From an uncultured Thermoplasmatales archaeon (GTDB taxonomy: Archaea; Thermoplasmatota; E2; DHVEG-1): 64,000 nt of DNA. Of the stretch, positions 1-11,100 are shown piece after piece. Position 1 is the stretch's first letter. Every line of letters starts with the position of its first letter. A model generated the notes under the pieces. It made no database searches. It had not been told where the DNA came from and saw only the letters and a list, made by a program, of their open reading frames with translations. The stretch spans positions 5,362 to 69,361 of the forward strand of contig CAYFVP010000141.1 of assembly GCA_964346655.1 (NCBI GenBank), in the 5' to 3' direction. The translations under genes were made by a program, and so were the position numbers.

Positions 1-180
1 TATTTCATAAACTCGAATTTTCCTTCAAGAGTTTTAATAGTTGAACCAATCGTTTCATCTGCATATTTTAAAGAAGTTCTTCTACTAGCAACATTATATA
101 ATGCTGTTAAAATCGCCTCAAGTAAAACTGAATTTTTATATTTCACCATTTTGCATCCACTTAAAAATTATATATTTTAA

Positions 181-1200
181 TTATGGAAATAGCAAATTTA
201 GTTCTTTTGGTTTTCTATGTTTCCAACTTCCATTATGATATACATAACTTGCAAGTAGTGGAAAGGTAATTGTTGCCTCACCAAATACCATTTGTTCGAA
301 ATCTTGATTAACTTTTCCCCAAGAACTTGCTTCCTTAAATGTTGAACCAGAAAGGGCTCCATCTCTTTCATCTGCGACTGTTAATTGAATAGCATACTTG
401 TGCATTGGAGCACTCACACCTAAGATATCTGCGGCAACAACAGTATCTTGAACAAAATTTTTAGGAACACCTCCACCAATTACCAAAACTCCAGTTTCTT
501 TTGATTTTATTTTTAATTTGGTAAGCTCTTTGAAATCTTTAACAGAATCAATTGAAACATGGTTCTTTTTTTTGGTTTGATGAAAAACAAGCCCAAAACC
601 TGCACTAGAATCAGAAAAAGCAGGACAAAAAATAGGAACATTTTTTTTATATGCAGATAAAACAAAGGATTCAGCATTTTTTTTGTTTTTATCAAGGTAC
701 TTGCCCATTTCATAGATAAATTCCCTGGAAGAATATGTTTTTGGTTCTAAAGAATCAGCAATTTTATTAATAGTCATATCACAAATTCGAAGGTCTTCTT
801 CGTCAATAAAAGTATCATAAATCCGATCTATCATTAACTCTCTTAATTTATTATCATCAGTATTAATAAAGCCATGATAATGATAAAAACCAAGACCTTC
901 GAAGAAATCCTGATCAACCACAATTGCACCTGATGATACAATTATATCAATCATGTTGTTTTCTATTAATTCAATAATAACTTTTTTAAGGCCAGCACTT
1001 ACTAGAGATCCTGCAAGACAAAGAATAATAGTACAATCTTTGTCTTTTAACATATGTTCATAAATATTACAAGCACTTGCTAAATTTCTTGATTGAAAAG
1101 CCATATGATTAAAGGATTCAATTAATGGAGTACTATTAAATTTCTTAATATCAATATGTTCAATTCTTCTTCCAAGTAATTTTTGTTTATCTGAATTCAT
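181..1200 (-). CDS. dys: deoxyhypusine synthase
   Basis: 339 aa; DHS family hallmarks including the GGGVPKNF NAD-binding segment. Archaeal/eukaryal hypusine pathway. Confidence 0.8.
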   Translation of the reverse strand: MNSDKQKLLGRRIEHIDIKKFNSTPLIESFNHMAFQSRNLASACNIYEHMLKDKDCTIILCLAGSLVSAGLKKVIIELIENNMIDIIVSSGAIVVDQDFFEGLGFYHYHGFINTDDNKLRELMIDRIYDTFIDEEDLRICDMTINKIADSLEPKTYSSREFIYEMGKYLDKNKKNAESFVLSAYKKNVPIFCPAFSDSSAGFGLVFHQTKKKNHVSIDSVKDFKELTKLKIKSKETGVLVIGGGVPKNFVQDTVVAADILGVSAPMHKYAIQLTVADERDGALSGSTFKEASSWGKVNQDFEQMVFGEATITFPLLASYVYHNGSWKHRKPKELNLLFP

Positions 1201-1285
1201 AATTCTCCTAAGCCGTATTTTTCAGGTCTTTTTTTATTTTTCTACAGAAAATTTTAAACCAATTACCTTACTATCCCCCTTTCAC

Positions 1286-1699
1286 ATGCATGAGTGGGCA
1301 CTAGCTGAATCAATCCTTACAGCAGCAGTTGATGCTGCAAAAAAAGAGAAATTAAAAAAAATTACTGAAATTAACATAAATATTGGTGAGCTTCAGCAAA
1401 TTGAACAAGACATTTTTGAATTTGCTCTAGAAGGAATTATTAAAGGGCAAGGTGGAAAACTAAAAGATGTGAAAATTAAAATTCAAACTGAAAAAAGCAC
1501 ATTGAAATGTAAATCTTGTGAAAATATCTGGTCTTTTAATGATATGAAAAAGAAACTAAATGAGGATGAATCAGAAGCAATACATTTTCTTCCAGAAGTA
1601 GCATTTGTTCATGCACGATGTCCTAAATGTGGAAGTCCTGATTTTGAGATAACAAAAGGCAGAGGCGTTTCAATATTATCAATTAAGGGTGAGAAATAA
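1286..1699 (+). CDS. hypA: hydrogenase/urease nickel-insertion metallochaperone HypA-like
   Basis: N-terminal MHEWALAESI nickel-binding MHE motif and C-terminal CPKCGS zinc-finger pair typical of HypA; an insertion in the middle makes it longer than canonical HypA. Confidence 0.7.
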   Translation: MHEWALAESILTAAVDAAKKEKLKKITEININIGELQQIEQDIFEFALEGIIKGQGGKLKDVKIKIQTEKSTLKCKSCENIWSFNDMKKKLNEDESEAIHFLPEVAFVHARCPKCGSPDFEITKGRGVSILSIKGEK

Positions 1700-1701
1700 A
1701 T

Positions 1702-2322
1702 ATGATCAAAGGACTGGATAAGAAAAATATAAATTTTGATTTTTATGCAAATGAACTTTTAAAAAATAAAAATTTATTATCTGAATACTTAGATGGGCTT
1801 ACATCAAAAAACCAAATTTATATGGAGAATTGTTTTAATGTTCTAAATGTTGTTTCTGAGAAGAATCCTGATTTTTTGTATCCTCATTGGGATTTTTTTG
1901 TAAACCATATGCAAAGTAACAATAATTATCACAAAACAACATCAATAATTATAATTTCAAACTTGACATCTGTTGATAAGAAAAAAAAATTTGAAAATAC
2001 ATTTCATGAATTCTATGATAATTTAAGAAGTGAAAAAACAATAGTTCCGATATATCTATTGAAATACTCTGGTAGAATTGTAAATTTTAAACCAAATCTT
2101 GAAGAGCGGATTACCAATATTTTATTAAATGTTGAACAAATCCATCCAGGTAAACAAATTGAACTCGTTAAATCAGCTGTTATTGAATCTTTTTCAAAAT
2201 TTTATTCTTCATCCAAAAATAAAGAGAAAATAATCAGCTTTGTTGAAAAACAACTTAATAGTAAAAGTCCAAAGACGAAAAAAACTGCAAAAGATTTCCT
2301 TGAAAAATATTTGGAGAAATAA
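1702..2322 (+). CDS. hypothetical protein (206 aa), translationally coupled between hypA and the Mrp-type ATPase
   Basis: ORF starts 3 nt after the hypA stop and ends 6 nt before the next gene. No motif I recognise. Confidence 0.4.
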   Translation: MIKGLDKKNINFDFYANELLKNKNLLSEYLDGLTSKNQIYMENCFNVLNVVSEKNPDFLYPHWDFFVNHMQSNNNYHKTTSIIIISNLTSVDKKKKFENTFHEFYDNLRSEKTIVPIYLLKYSGRIVNFKPNLEERITNILLNVEQIHPGKQIELVKSAVIESFSKFYSSSKNKEKIISFVEKQLNSKSPKTKKTAKDFLEKYLEK

Positions 2323-2327
2323 TCTAA

Positions 2328-3053
2328 ATGGATCCTAGACTTAGTATAATTGATAACAGGCTTTCAAAGATTAAAAGAATAATTGCTGTTGTAAGTGGCA
2401 AGGGTGGAGTTGGAAAAAGTTTGGTTGCCTCTACTCTAGCTTTAAATTTATCAAAAAAGGATTACACAGTTGGTCTTTTAGATATAGATTTATATGGTCC
2501 TTCTTCTCATATAATATTGGGTATAACAGACTACAGTTTTCCTGAGGAAAAAAAGGGTATTCTTCCCCATAAAATTGATGATATAAGCTTTATGAGTATT
2601 GTTTATTTTTCTGAAGATAAACCTGCTCCTTTACGTGGCATTGATATTACAAATATAATTATTGAACTTCTATCAATTACACTATGGGGAGAACTTGATT
2701 TTTTAATAATTGATATGCCACCAGGTATTGGAGATGAAACTTTGGATGTTATTAGACTTATAAAAAAAAGTGAATTTTTAGTGGTGACAACACCTTCAAA
2801 AGTTTCAATGGGTGCAGTTAGTAAACTTATTAATATATTAAAAGAACTAAAACTCCCAGTCATTGGATTAATTGAAAATATGAAAATGACAAAATCTAAT
2901 TATATTAAAGAAATTGTAAAAAAAATGAATGTTTGTTACCTTAATTTAATTTATTTTGACAAAGATCTTGAGGATTCTATAGGAAACATTCAAAAACTAA
3001 TGAATTCAAAATTTATGAATGATTTAAACAAAATAGTAGATAAAATAATTTAA
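2328..3053 (+). CDS. Mrp/MinD/NBP35-family P-loop ATPase (possible ATPase-type HypB)
   Basis: Deviant Walker A AVVSGKGGVGKS near the N-terminus, ParA/MinD/Mrp fold. Mrp-type ATPases serve as HypB in Thermococcales. Confidence 0.7.
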   Translation: MDPRLSIIDNRLSKIKRIIAVVSGKGGVGKSLVASTLALNLSKKDYTVGLLDIDLYGPSSHIILGITDYSFPEEKKGILPHKIDDISFMSIVYFSEDKPAPLRGIDITNIIIELLSITLWGELDFLIIDMPPGIGDETLDVIRLIKKSEFLVVTTPSKVSMGAVSKLINILKELKLPVIGLIENMKMTKSNYIKEIVKKMNVCYLNLIYFDKDLEDSIGNIQKLMNSKFMNDLNKIVDKII

Positions 3054-3059
3054 TATTTT

Positions 3060-3479
3060 ATGAAAGGAAGTTATATCTTATTAATCGAATTAAATCAAGA
3101 TTTAAACATTAAAATTGGTAGCCTTGGAAGTATTTTTTTTAAAAAAGGTTTTTACTCTTATATTGGCTCAGCACTAAATGGCCTTGAAAATAGAATTAAA
3201 AGACATATCAGAAAAAAGAAAAACGTTCATTGGCATATTGATTATTTTTTAAAATATGGAAAGATTGTTGATGTATTTTTTAAGGAAAGTAAAACAAGAA
3301 AAGAGTGTAATATAGCCAAAAAATTTGAAAGGAAATTACAAAGTTTTTCTAAATTCGGGTCCAGTGACTGTAAATGTAAAAGCCATCTTTTTTATGGAGA
3401 TAAAATAAAAATTGTGGAGACAATCTATAGTATAAAAATGGAAAAATACCCTTTAATGCAAACACTTAAAGATTTGTAA
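3060..3479 (+). CDS. GIY-YIG nuclease superfamily protein (DUF123-like)
   Basis: GFYSYIGSA GIY-YIG core followed by conserved R and E spacing; 139 aa. Confidence 0.5.
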   Translation: MKGSYILLIELNQDLNIKIGSLGSIFFKKGFYSYIGSALNGLENRIKRHIRKKKNVHWHIDYFLKYGKIVDVFFKESKTRKECNIAKKFERKLQSFSKFGSSDCKCKSHLFYGDKIKIVETIYSIKMEKYPLMQTLKDL

Positions 3480-3484
3480 TTATT

Positions 3485-3814
3485 TTGGATATTCGGGAGA
3501 TTATGGTTGCAATTGTTTATTCAACAATTGATGATATAAAAAAAGCTAGAAGAATTGCTCATACCTTAGTTGAAGAACAACTTGTTGCTTGTGTAAATAT
3601 AATTCCAAATATCGAATCTATTTACAAGTGGAAAGGAAAAATTGAAATGGATAATGAATGCGTTCTTATTGCCAAAACTGTTGATAAGAACGTTAAAAAA
3701 ACTATTACAAGAATCAAATCACTTCACTCATATGAGCTGCCTGATATTATAGTTATTCCAATTATTGGTGGATTTAAAGAATATCTTAATTATATAACAA
3801 ATGAAACATCATGA
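3485..3814 (+). CDS. cutA: divalent-cation tolerance protein CutA
   Basis: About 105 aa with IVYSTIDD...LVACVNIIP...IYKWKG pattern characteristic of the CutA1 family. Confidence 0.7.
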   Translation: MDIREIMVAIVYSTIDDIKKARRIAHTLVEEQLVACVNIIPNIESIYKWKGKIEMDNECVLIAKTVDKNVKKTITRIKSLHSYELPDIIVIPIIGGFKEYLNYITNETS

Positions 3815-4440
3815 AATTTATTTCTCTTGTATCTAGTGGAATTGACTCCCCTGTTGCAACATACTTAATTTCAAAAATATCAAAAGAAATAATTTTACTT
3901 CACGGTGATATAAAGCCTTTTACAGACGATAGAGAAATTAATAATTTCATACTTCTAGCAACTCATCTAAAAAAGATTTCCAAATGTTTATTTAAGGTTT
4001 ATATTTCAGCTCATGGTGAAAGTCTAGAGACCTTTAAAAAAGATTGTAATAATAGATATACCTGCATATTTTGCAAAAGAATGCTTTTAAGATATGCTGA
4101 AAAAATTGCTGAAAAGCTAGAAGCCGATGCAATTGTTATGGGCGATTCTCTTGGTCAAGTTGCCTCTCAAACCCTTCATAATATAAATGTAATTGATAGT
4201 GCAGTAAAAATACCCATAATTAGACCTCTTATCGGATACGATAAAGAAGATATTGTAAAAATTGCAAAAGATATTGGAACCTATGATCTTTCAATTTTAC
4301 CCTCTGATCCCTGTAAAGCAGTACCAAATAAACCTGCAACTCAGGCAAAACTTGATAAAATTTTAGATGAGGAAAAAAAGATTGATGTAGATAAACTAGT
4401 AAATAAAGTAGTTGAAAAATTAAAATTTAAATCAATTTAA
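3811..4440 (+). CDS. ThiI-like PP-loop ATPase domain protein (tRNA sulfurtransferase C-terminal domain, no THUMP)
   Basis: SSGIDSPVA PP-loop motif as in ThiI; 209 aa; overlaps the cutA stop with ATGA. Confidence 0.55.
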   Translation: MKFISLVSSGIDSPVATYLISKISKEIILLHGDIKPFTDDREINNFILLATHLKKISKCLFKVYISAHGESLETFKKDCNNRYTCIFCKRMLLRYAEKIAEKLEADAIVMGDSLGQVASQTLHNINVIDSAVKIPIIRPLIGYDKEDIVKIAKDIGTYDLSILPSDPCKAVPNKPATQAKLDKILDEEKKIDVDKLVNKVVEKLKFKSI

Positions 4441-4590
4441 TACTTTTGATAACCTATTTATGCTAACTATTTAAAATAAAACCTTTTTATTATATTTTGG
4501 TACAATTCAAAACAAAAAATATTTATTAAAAATACGGTCTTTTATGTCTAAAATATCCTTAAAATCAAAAGATTTAAATACTTTCATTAT

Positions 4591-4637
4591 ATACTATATA
4601 ATGTAGAATAATTATTATAGTATACAATATGTTGTAT
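4591..4637 (+). promoter_or_regulatory. two tandem putative NrdR boxes upstream of nrdR-nrdD-nrdG
   Basis: atactatataatgtag (4591-4606) and atacaatatgttgtat (4622-4637) match the 16-bp NrdR-box palindrome consensus acaCwAtATaTwGtgt at 11/16 and 13/16. They are spaced 31 bp start to start, the typical tandem arrangement, and lie 25-70 bp upstream of the nrdR ATG. Confidence 0.5.
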
Positions 4638-4662
4638 CTTATGTCTATCTGGAGAGCTTGAA

Positions 4663-5145
4663 ATGGAGTGCCCTTATTGTCATAATTCTGAAACAAAAGT
4701 AACCGACTCCCGCGATACAGGAGCTTTGTCAATTAGAAGAAGAAGGGAGTGTCTTAAATGTAGCAGAAGATTCACAACTTACGAACATATCGAAATGACC
4801 CAACTATATGTAATTAAAAAGGATGGCAGACGTGAAAAATTTGATAGAAACAAGATAAAAATAGGCATTATGAAAGCTCTTGAAAAAAGACAAGTAAGTC
4901 ATGATGAAATTGAAAAAATAGTTGATTCAATTGAAGAAAAAATAAGAAGACTTGGTAATGAAGAAATTGAAACCTCTGTAATTGGTGAATATGTAATGGA
5001 TGCTTTAAAAAACACTGATCATGTGGCCTATATCAGGTTTGCATCAGTCTATAGATCATTTACTGACCTTTCATCTTTTGAAAAAGAGGTTAAAAATCTA
5101 ATAAATCAATCAACTGGAGAGGTAAAAAATGATAAGAAAAATTAA
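4663..5145 (+). CDS. nrdR: transcriptional repressor NrdR (zinc ribbon + ATP-cone)
   Basis: MECPYCHNSETKVTDSRD...RRRECLKCSRRFTTYE is the NrdR N-terminal zinc ribbon, followed by an ATP-cone; 160 aa; overlaps the nrdD start. Confidence 0.85.
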   Translation: MECPYCHNSETKVTDSRDTGALSIRRRRECLKCSRRFTTYEHIEMTQLYVIKKDGRREKFDRNKIKIGIMKALEKRQVSHDEIEKIVDSIEEKIRRLGNEEIETSVIGEYVMDALKNTDHVAYIRFASVYRSFTDLSSFEKEVKNLINQSTGEVKNDKKN

Positions 5146-8100
5146 AAAAAGAGATGGGAAAATAACAGATTTTAATCCAATAAAAATAACAGAAGCGATT
5201 TGGAAGGCAGCCCAAGCAGTTGGCGGAAAGGATTATAAAAAATCAACTGAACTAACAGATAAAGTATTGATAAGACTTGAAAAGGAGTTAAAAAAAGGGG
5301 AAATTCCAACTGTTGAACAAGTTCAAAATGTTGTTGAAAAGACACTGATTGAGGAGGGTCATGCAAGAACAGCAAAGGCTTATATTCTGTATAGGAAACA
5401 ACATCAAGATATCCGAGAAATTGGAGGACTTCTGAAAGATATCGATGTTGTCGATGGATATTTATCAATGATGGATTGGAAGGTACAAGAGAACAGTAAC
5501 ATGGCCTATTCATTACAGGGATTAAATGTTTATGCAACTGAAAATATCATATCTCACTATTGGTTGAATAAAATATATCCACCAGAAATAGGAGAGGCTC
5601 ATACTAATGGTCAGTTTCATATTCATGATCTTGGTACTCTTGGAGCTTATACCTATTTTGGTAAAGAAACAATAATTGCCAAGGTCGATGGAAAAATCTT
5701 GATAACATCCTTTGAGGATCTTTATAAAAATACCAATTCAAAAGAAAACCTTATTTCAGAAAAGGATGATGCATGGGCACGATATCCAAAAGAAATTGAG
5801 GTGCTTGATAAGGATGGTTGGACTAAAGTTCTGAGAGTTGTAAAAAAAGCAAAACGAATACAAATGCATTTTATAAAAAACGAAGGTGGACGATCTGTAA
5901 TTGTTACTGAAGACCATCCAATGGTTCTGGGTGATGAAATTTTCAAAGAAGCAAAAGATATTATTCCTGAAGAAGATAAACTTTTAACGGTTGATATACA
6001 AGAGTTGCTTAAAAATGAAAATCTTTTTTATAAAAAATATCTTTATTTGGCTGATGAGCTTTATAAAAAAGATATTTTAGATTTTTTCATAGAAGGAATG
6101 CCACTGGAAGAATACCAAAAATTTTCAAACGACCTACAAATAAATGGAATTATTTCTACTTCAAATAATGCAGACTGTTTACCAAATAAAATAGAACTAA
6201 CTGAAAATCTTGGATATCTTGTTGGATTTTATCTAGCCGAGGGCTACATGGAGCTGCATAGGATCGGAATAACTCAAAAAGATACAGTAGAAAATAAAAA
6301 GATAATTGAAAAATTTAAAAAAGGCGCAAATGAACTTGGTTGCAGAATTTATTCGATGAAAGAAAATGATCTATTAAGACTCAGAATTGTAAACTCTACC
6401 TTAGTTAATTTCCTATTCAAAGAAATATTTAATTTAACAGGAAAATGTAAAGAAAAGCATCTACCAAATGAAATACTTACATATAACCAAGATTTTATCA
6501 AAGGTGTAATTGCAGGACTGCTTGATGGAGACGGTTCAGTAAATAGCTCGAAAACTAGTCTAGAGCTTAGAACAGCATCAAGAACAATGCTTGAACAACT
6601 AGCTGTTGTTATGAACATTTTTGGTTATACTATTAGAGACAGGAATCTGGAAGGAGTTGGTTCTACAAGATATCTCAATGGCAGACTTATTACTCAAAAT
6701 TATCCCTTATATGGAATAAGTTTTAGAAAAATAGATTGTTGTTTAAATTCGATTAAATACGCATCTGCTCAAACCTCTTCAAGAGCATGGAGGGCAGAAG
6801 GAGCTGGTTGGCATAAGGTCTTAAACAATGAAAAAACAGATATAATGGATGATTACATCTATGATATCACAACTGAATCAAACACTCTGATAGTAAATGG
6901 AATGTGGAACCATAACTGTGTAGGTTGGGATTTAAAAGACATATTGCTGTTAGGTTTCAAGGGAGTTGCAGGAAAAATTGAAAGTAAACCTGCAAAACAC
7001 TTCGGTACTGCACTAATGCAAATTGTAAATTATCTCTATACACTTCAGGGGGAAGCAGCTGGAGCACAAGCTCTATCTAACTTTGACTCTTTGTTGGCAC
7101 CTTTTATTAGATACGATGGTCTGAAATATGGTGATGTTAAACAAGAGATGCAGAAATTTTTATTCAATATGAATGTTCCTACAAGAGTAGGTTTCCAATC
7201 TTTAGCTCATGATGAACCCATAATTTATAGAAAAGATGGTAAAATAAAGGTTGAATTAATAGGAAAACTAATCGAAGAAAAATTTGGAGAAAATAGAAAA
7301 TCAATAATAAATAATGTAGATGGTTATGGCAATCCTTCTAAAGATTCATTTGCAGTAATACCAAATAACAAATTTGAAGTAATGAGCTTTAACAAAAAAG
7401 GTGAGATTCAATGGAGCCCGATAAAAGCATTGATTAAACATAGGGTAATAACTAATGGATTTAAAAAAATAAGGACAGGTTCAGGTGTTCTAAAAGTTTC
7501 CCCAGCTCATTCACTCTTCAGAAGCAATAGCAATCACATTAAACCTGTCATGGCAAAAGAACTAGAATGTGCTAAACCAAATTCAACATTAAATGGAAAT
7601 AACCACATACTAGCAGTTAACAAACTCAAACAAAATATTTTAGGTAATAATGACAGAATTGATTTATTTGATTTGATAGAAGAAATCCCTGAAAAAATAA
7701 AAAAACGAATATTTATTCAGGCAAAGGATGTACCATCAATAAAGCAAAAAATTGGTAACTTATATGGTTCATTAAAGGAATTTCTTTATAAAAATGGAAG
7801 ATCTGACAAATCCACTTTGTATGAAGGTTTTAGAAATAATATTGTTACTTTTGAAACCTATATTAAATATTCGGATGAATTAAGAAGTGATGCAAAGATT
7901 TACATAAAACCATATAACGAAAACCTTTATGATAGATATCTAAGTGGAGAGAAACTTAAGAATTTCGTAAAGCTAGTCGCTTGGTTTATAACAGAAGGAA
8001 AAGCATCTCATTCAGGAATTGTGATTTCACAGAGAAAAAGTAAAAGCAAGGAAATCCTTGAAGTTGCAAAAGCATTAGGAATTAAAGCTACCATAGAAGA

Positions 8101-11100
8101 AACCAGAGGATATAGCAATAAAAACCATAGTAAAACAAATACAATCATTTCAAATATGAAAATGAGTGGACTATACACTTATTTACTCCCATACATAGGT
8201 GGAGCTACCTCAAAAGAAAAGACTATACCTTCTTTCATATTTGATCTGAATCCAAATTATAGAAATATTTTCTTAGAGACACTGTTCAAAGGCGATGGAT
8301 ATAATGATAAAAAATCGAGAAGAATAACATATTCCTCAATGTCAGATAAACTTCTAACTGGCATATCGATGCTAAGCATAGTAAACGGATGGAGAGTTCG
8401 GGTAGTTCCAAAAAATAAAGATAGAGCTGGAACCCTACTTATATATAAAAATCCTAGGAAAAAGCTTGAGATAATCATTGAGGAAACAGCTGGTGTTCCA
8501 GTTTATGAAATAAATGATTATAAAAACGGCTCAAAATGGGAATATGATATTTCAGTGGACATCAATGGTTGCGAAGAAAATTTTGTTGGAGGAACTGGTC
8601 TAGTGTTTTATCATAATTCACCATTTTCAAACATAACTTTAGATCTTACTATTCCTAGCTATTTGACAGATGAACCTGCTATCATAGGTGGAGAATTAAA
8701 AAATGAAAACTACAGTGATTTCGTTGATGAAATGGAAATGATAAACTATGCATTTGCAGAAGTCATGCATGAGGGAGATGCTAAAGGGAGACCAATGACG
8801 TTTCCCATCCCTACTTATAACATTACAAAAGATTTTGATTGGGATAATGAGGGACTTGAACCTATTTGGAAGATGACTGCTAAATATGGAATACCATATT
8901 TTTCCAATTTTATTAACAGTGATATGAATCCAGATGATGCACGAAGCATGTGCTGCAGACTTAGATTAGACAACAGAGAACTTCGAAAGCGTGGTGGAGG
9001 TTTATTTGGAGCTAATCCAAAAACTGGAAGTGTTGGTGTTGTGACAATAAACATGCCACAAATTGGATATCTAGCAAAAGATGATAATGACTTTTTTGAA
9101 AGACTTGATAAATTAATGGATTTAGCAAAACAAAGTCTTATTATTAAACGTGAAATAATCGAAAATTTCACTTTTAGCGGTCTACATCCGTATTCACGAT
9201 TTTATTTATCTGATGTTAAAAAAACATTTAAGGAATACTGGAAGAATCATTTTTCGACCATTGGCTTGATTGGAATGAATGATGCTTTGTTGAACTTTAT
9301 GAACAAAAGTATTGGTGATAAGGAAGGTAAAGCTTTTGCTGAGAAAGTACTTGATCATATGCGGGATAAGATAGCGGATTTTCAGGAGGAAACTGGTGAT
9401 ATTTTTAACCTTGAAGCAACTCCTGCGGAGGGTAGTTTAGCACCTGATGAAAGAGTAATTATCTCTCAAAGTGACCCAAGATTTAGTGCAATTGGTCCAT
9501 TAATTGATTATTATCTAGAGAGCAATAAAAACGATATTTATATGGTTGGGACTAGCGAGGTTCTTAAAATTCCATATGGGAAGTTGTTTACCTATGGGTT
9601 TAGTAGGAGGACGCAAAAAATTAAAAAATACCCGGTTACTGCCCTTGTAAGACACTTTGGTAAGTCAATGTATGAAATAACCACACGTTCTGGTAGAAAA
9701 GTAAGAGTTACCGGACAACACAGTGTTTTTTCATTGAACTCGGAGGGATCACCTGAGGAGATCTATGTAAGAGATCTTGATATTGGTACCCCTATTGCTA
9801 TTCCAAAATATATTGAAATGGAATCACGCTATAAAGAGTTTAATTTATTTGAATTGTTCAAAAACTCGTCCTTTAAAAACCAACTATATGGAAAATTCCC
9901 ATCTACTTTTATCGAACACCTACTCAAAGAATCAAGAATAGAAAGATGGTGTAATCAAAACTATAAATCTAAATGGAAAGATGTAAAGTATATGTGGAGG
10001 AAAAGGGGTGTTATTCCTCTGAAGTTGATTTATGATTTAGATATCAAGATACAAAAAAATGTGTTGAAAAACTCAAAATTATTCTATCGATCTTCAAAGA
10101 ATACCAACCCAATTAAGGTTTTGATACCAGTTAATGAAGATCTTGGTTTTATAATTGGTTGCCTTCTTTCTGAGGGATGGTTGACTAAAAGATGTGAATT
10201 CACTAATACTGACAAGGATCTTGTAGATCAGTTTCTGAAATCTGTTGAAAAAATATTTGGTCCTAGCTCTGCTCATATTGCTAATCAAAACCGTAAGGAA
10301 CCACGAAAAACTCTTTATTCTGTTACTTTGAGTAAGTCTATCGGTTTTTTCTTTAAAGAAATTTGTTTCCAAGGTAAATCTAAAGTTAAAGAAATACCGA
10401 ATTTTATTTATTCATCTTCTCTTAAATGCATTACAGGTCTTTTAAGAGGTTATTATCTTGGTGACGGTTCTTTTTATAAAAATAAAGATAAACGGGATTA
10501 TTCAATATGGTTATATACAAATTCTAAGGAATTATCTGAAGGTCTGAATTTACTTCTTCTTAGATCTGGGATTCTTACAAAGATCGGGGTAGATAAAAAA
10601 ACAAATTATAATTCAAAGTGGAACGATAATTATGTTATATCTATTACTGGTGCTGATAATTTAAGTACGTTTTTCAAAAAAATACTTAAAAAGGATTTTA
10701 GCACAGACAATGCTCATTCGGGAAGAGAAATTTTACCTAATATCCCTAAAATTCTAAAACAATTAATGCAGAAATATAACATTAAACCATCTGATATAAA
10801 TATTCATAAAGACAGTTTTAATAGAAATATTAGAATCAACAGAATTAGCATTCAATATCTTAGAAAAATCATTGAGAAACTTTCGATCTATGTAGAAGAA
10901 AAAGATGAAACATTTGAAAAACTTAGAACAATGATTAACTCTGATATATATTGGGATGAAATTAAGGAAATTAAAAAACTAAAACCCACTAAATATGTTT
11001 ACGATTTTGAAGTTGATATAAAGGATGATCTTGTCAACAATTTCCTTGGTGGAAGTGGACTGGTTTGTTTGCACAATACAAGTTATCGTATTGCAAGAAT

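Noticed and set aside
513-713. Short ORFs antisense to or embedded in confident genes (e.g. 513..713, 2603..2863, 5172..5537, 5722..5946, 6349..6618, 8257..8478, 8815..9171, 10094..10372, 11758..11988, 12740..12988, 16122..16514, 21610..21849, 26548..27139, 27852..28133, 34140..34407, 40125..40319, 42440..42667, 43842..44144, 45578..45952, 46102..46296, 50459..50716, 53131..53638, 54661..55134, 56067..56643, 57198..57407, 57959..58141, 58310..58561, 58631..58993, 59266..59553, 59566..59802, 60388..60603, 61350..61634, 62879..63401, 63622..63834)
   Set aside because: They overlap genes with strong family signatures on the other strand or frame, have low-complexity or unnatural composition, and arise from the AT-rich, stop-poor opposite strands. 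Treated as six-frame artefacts.
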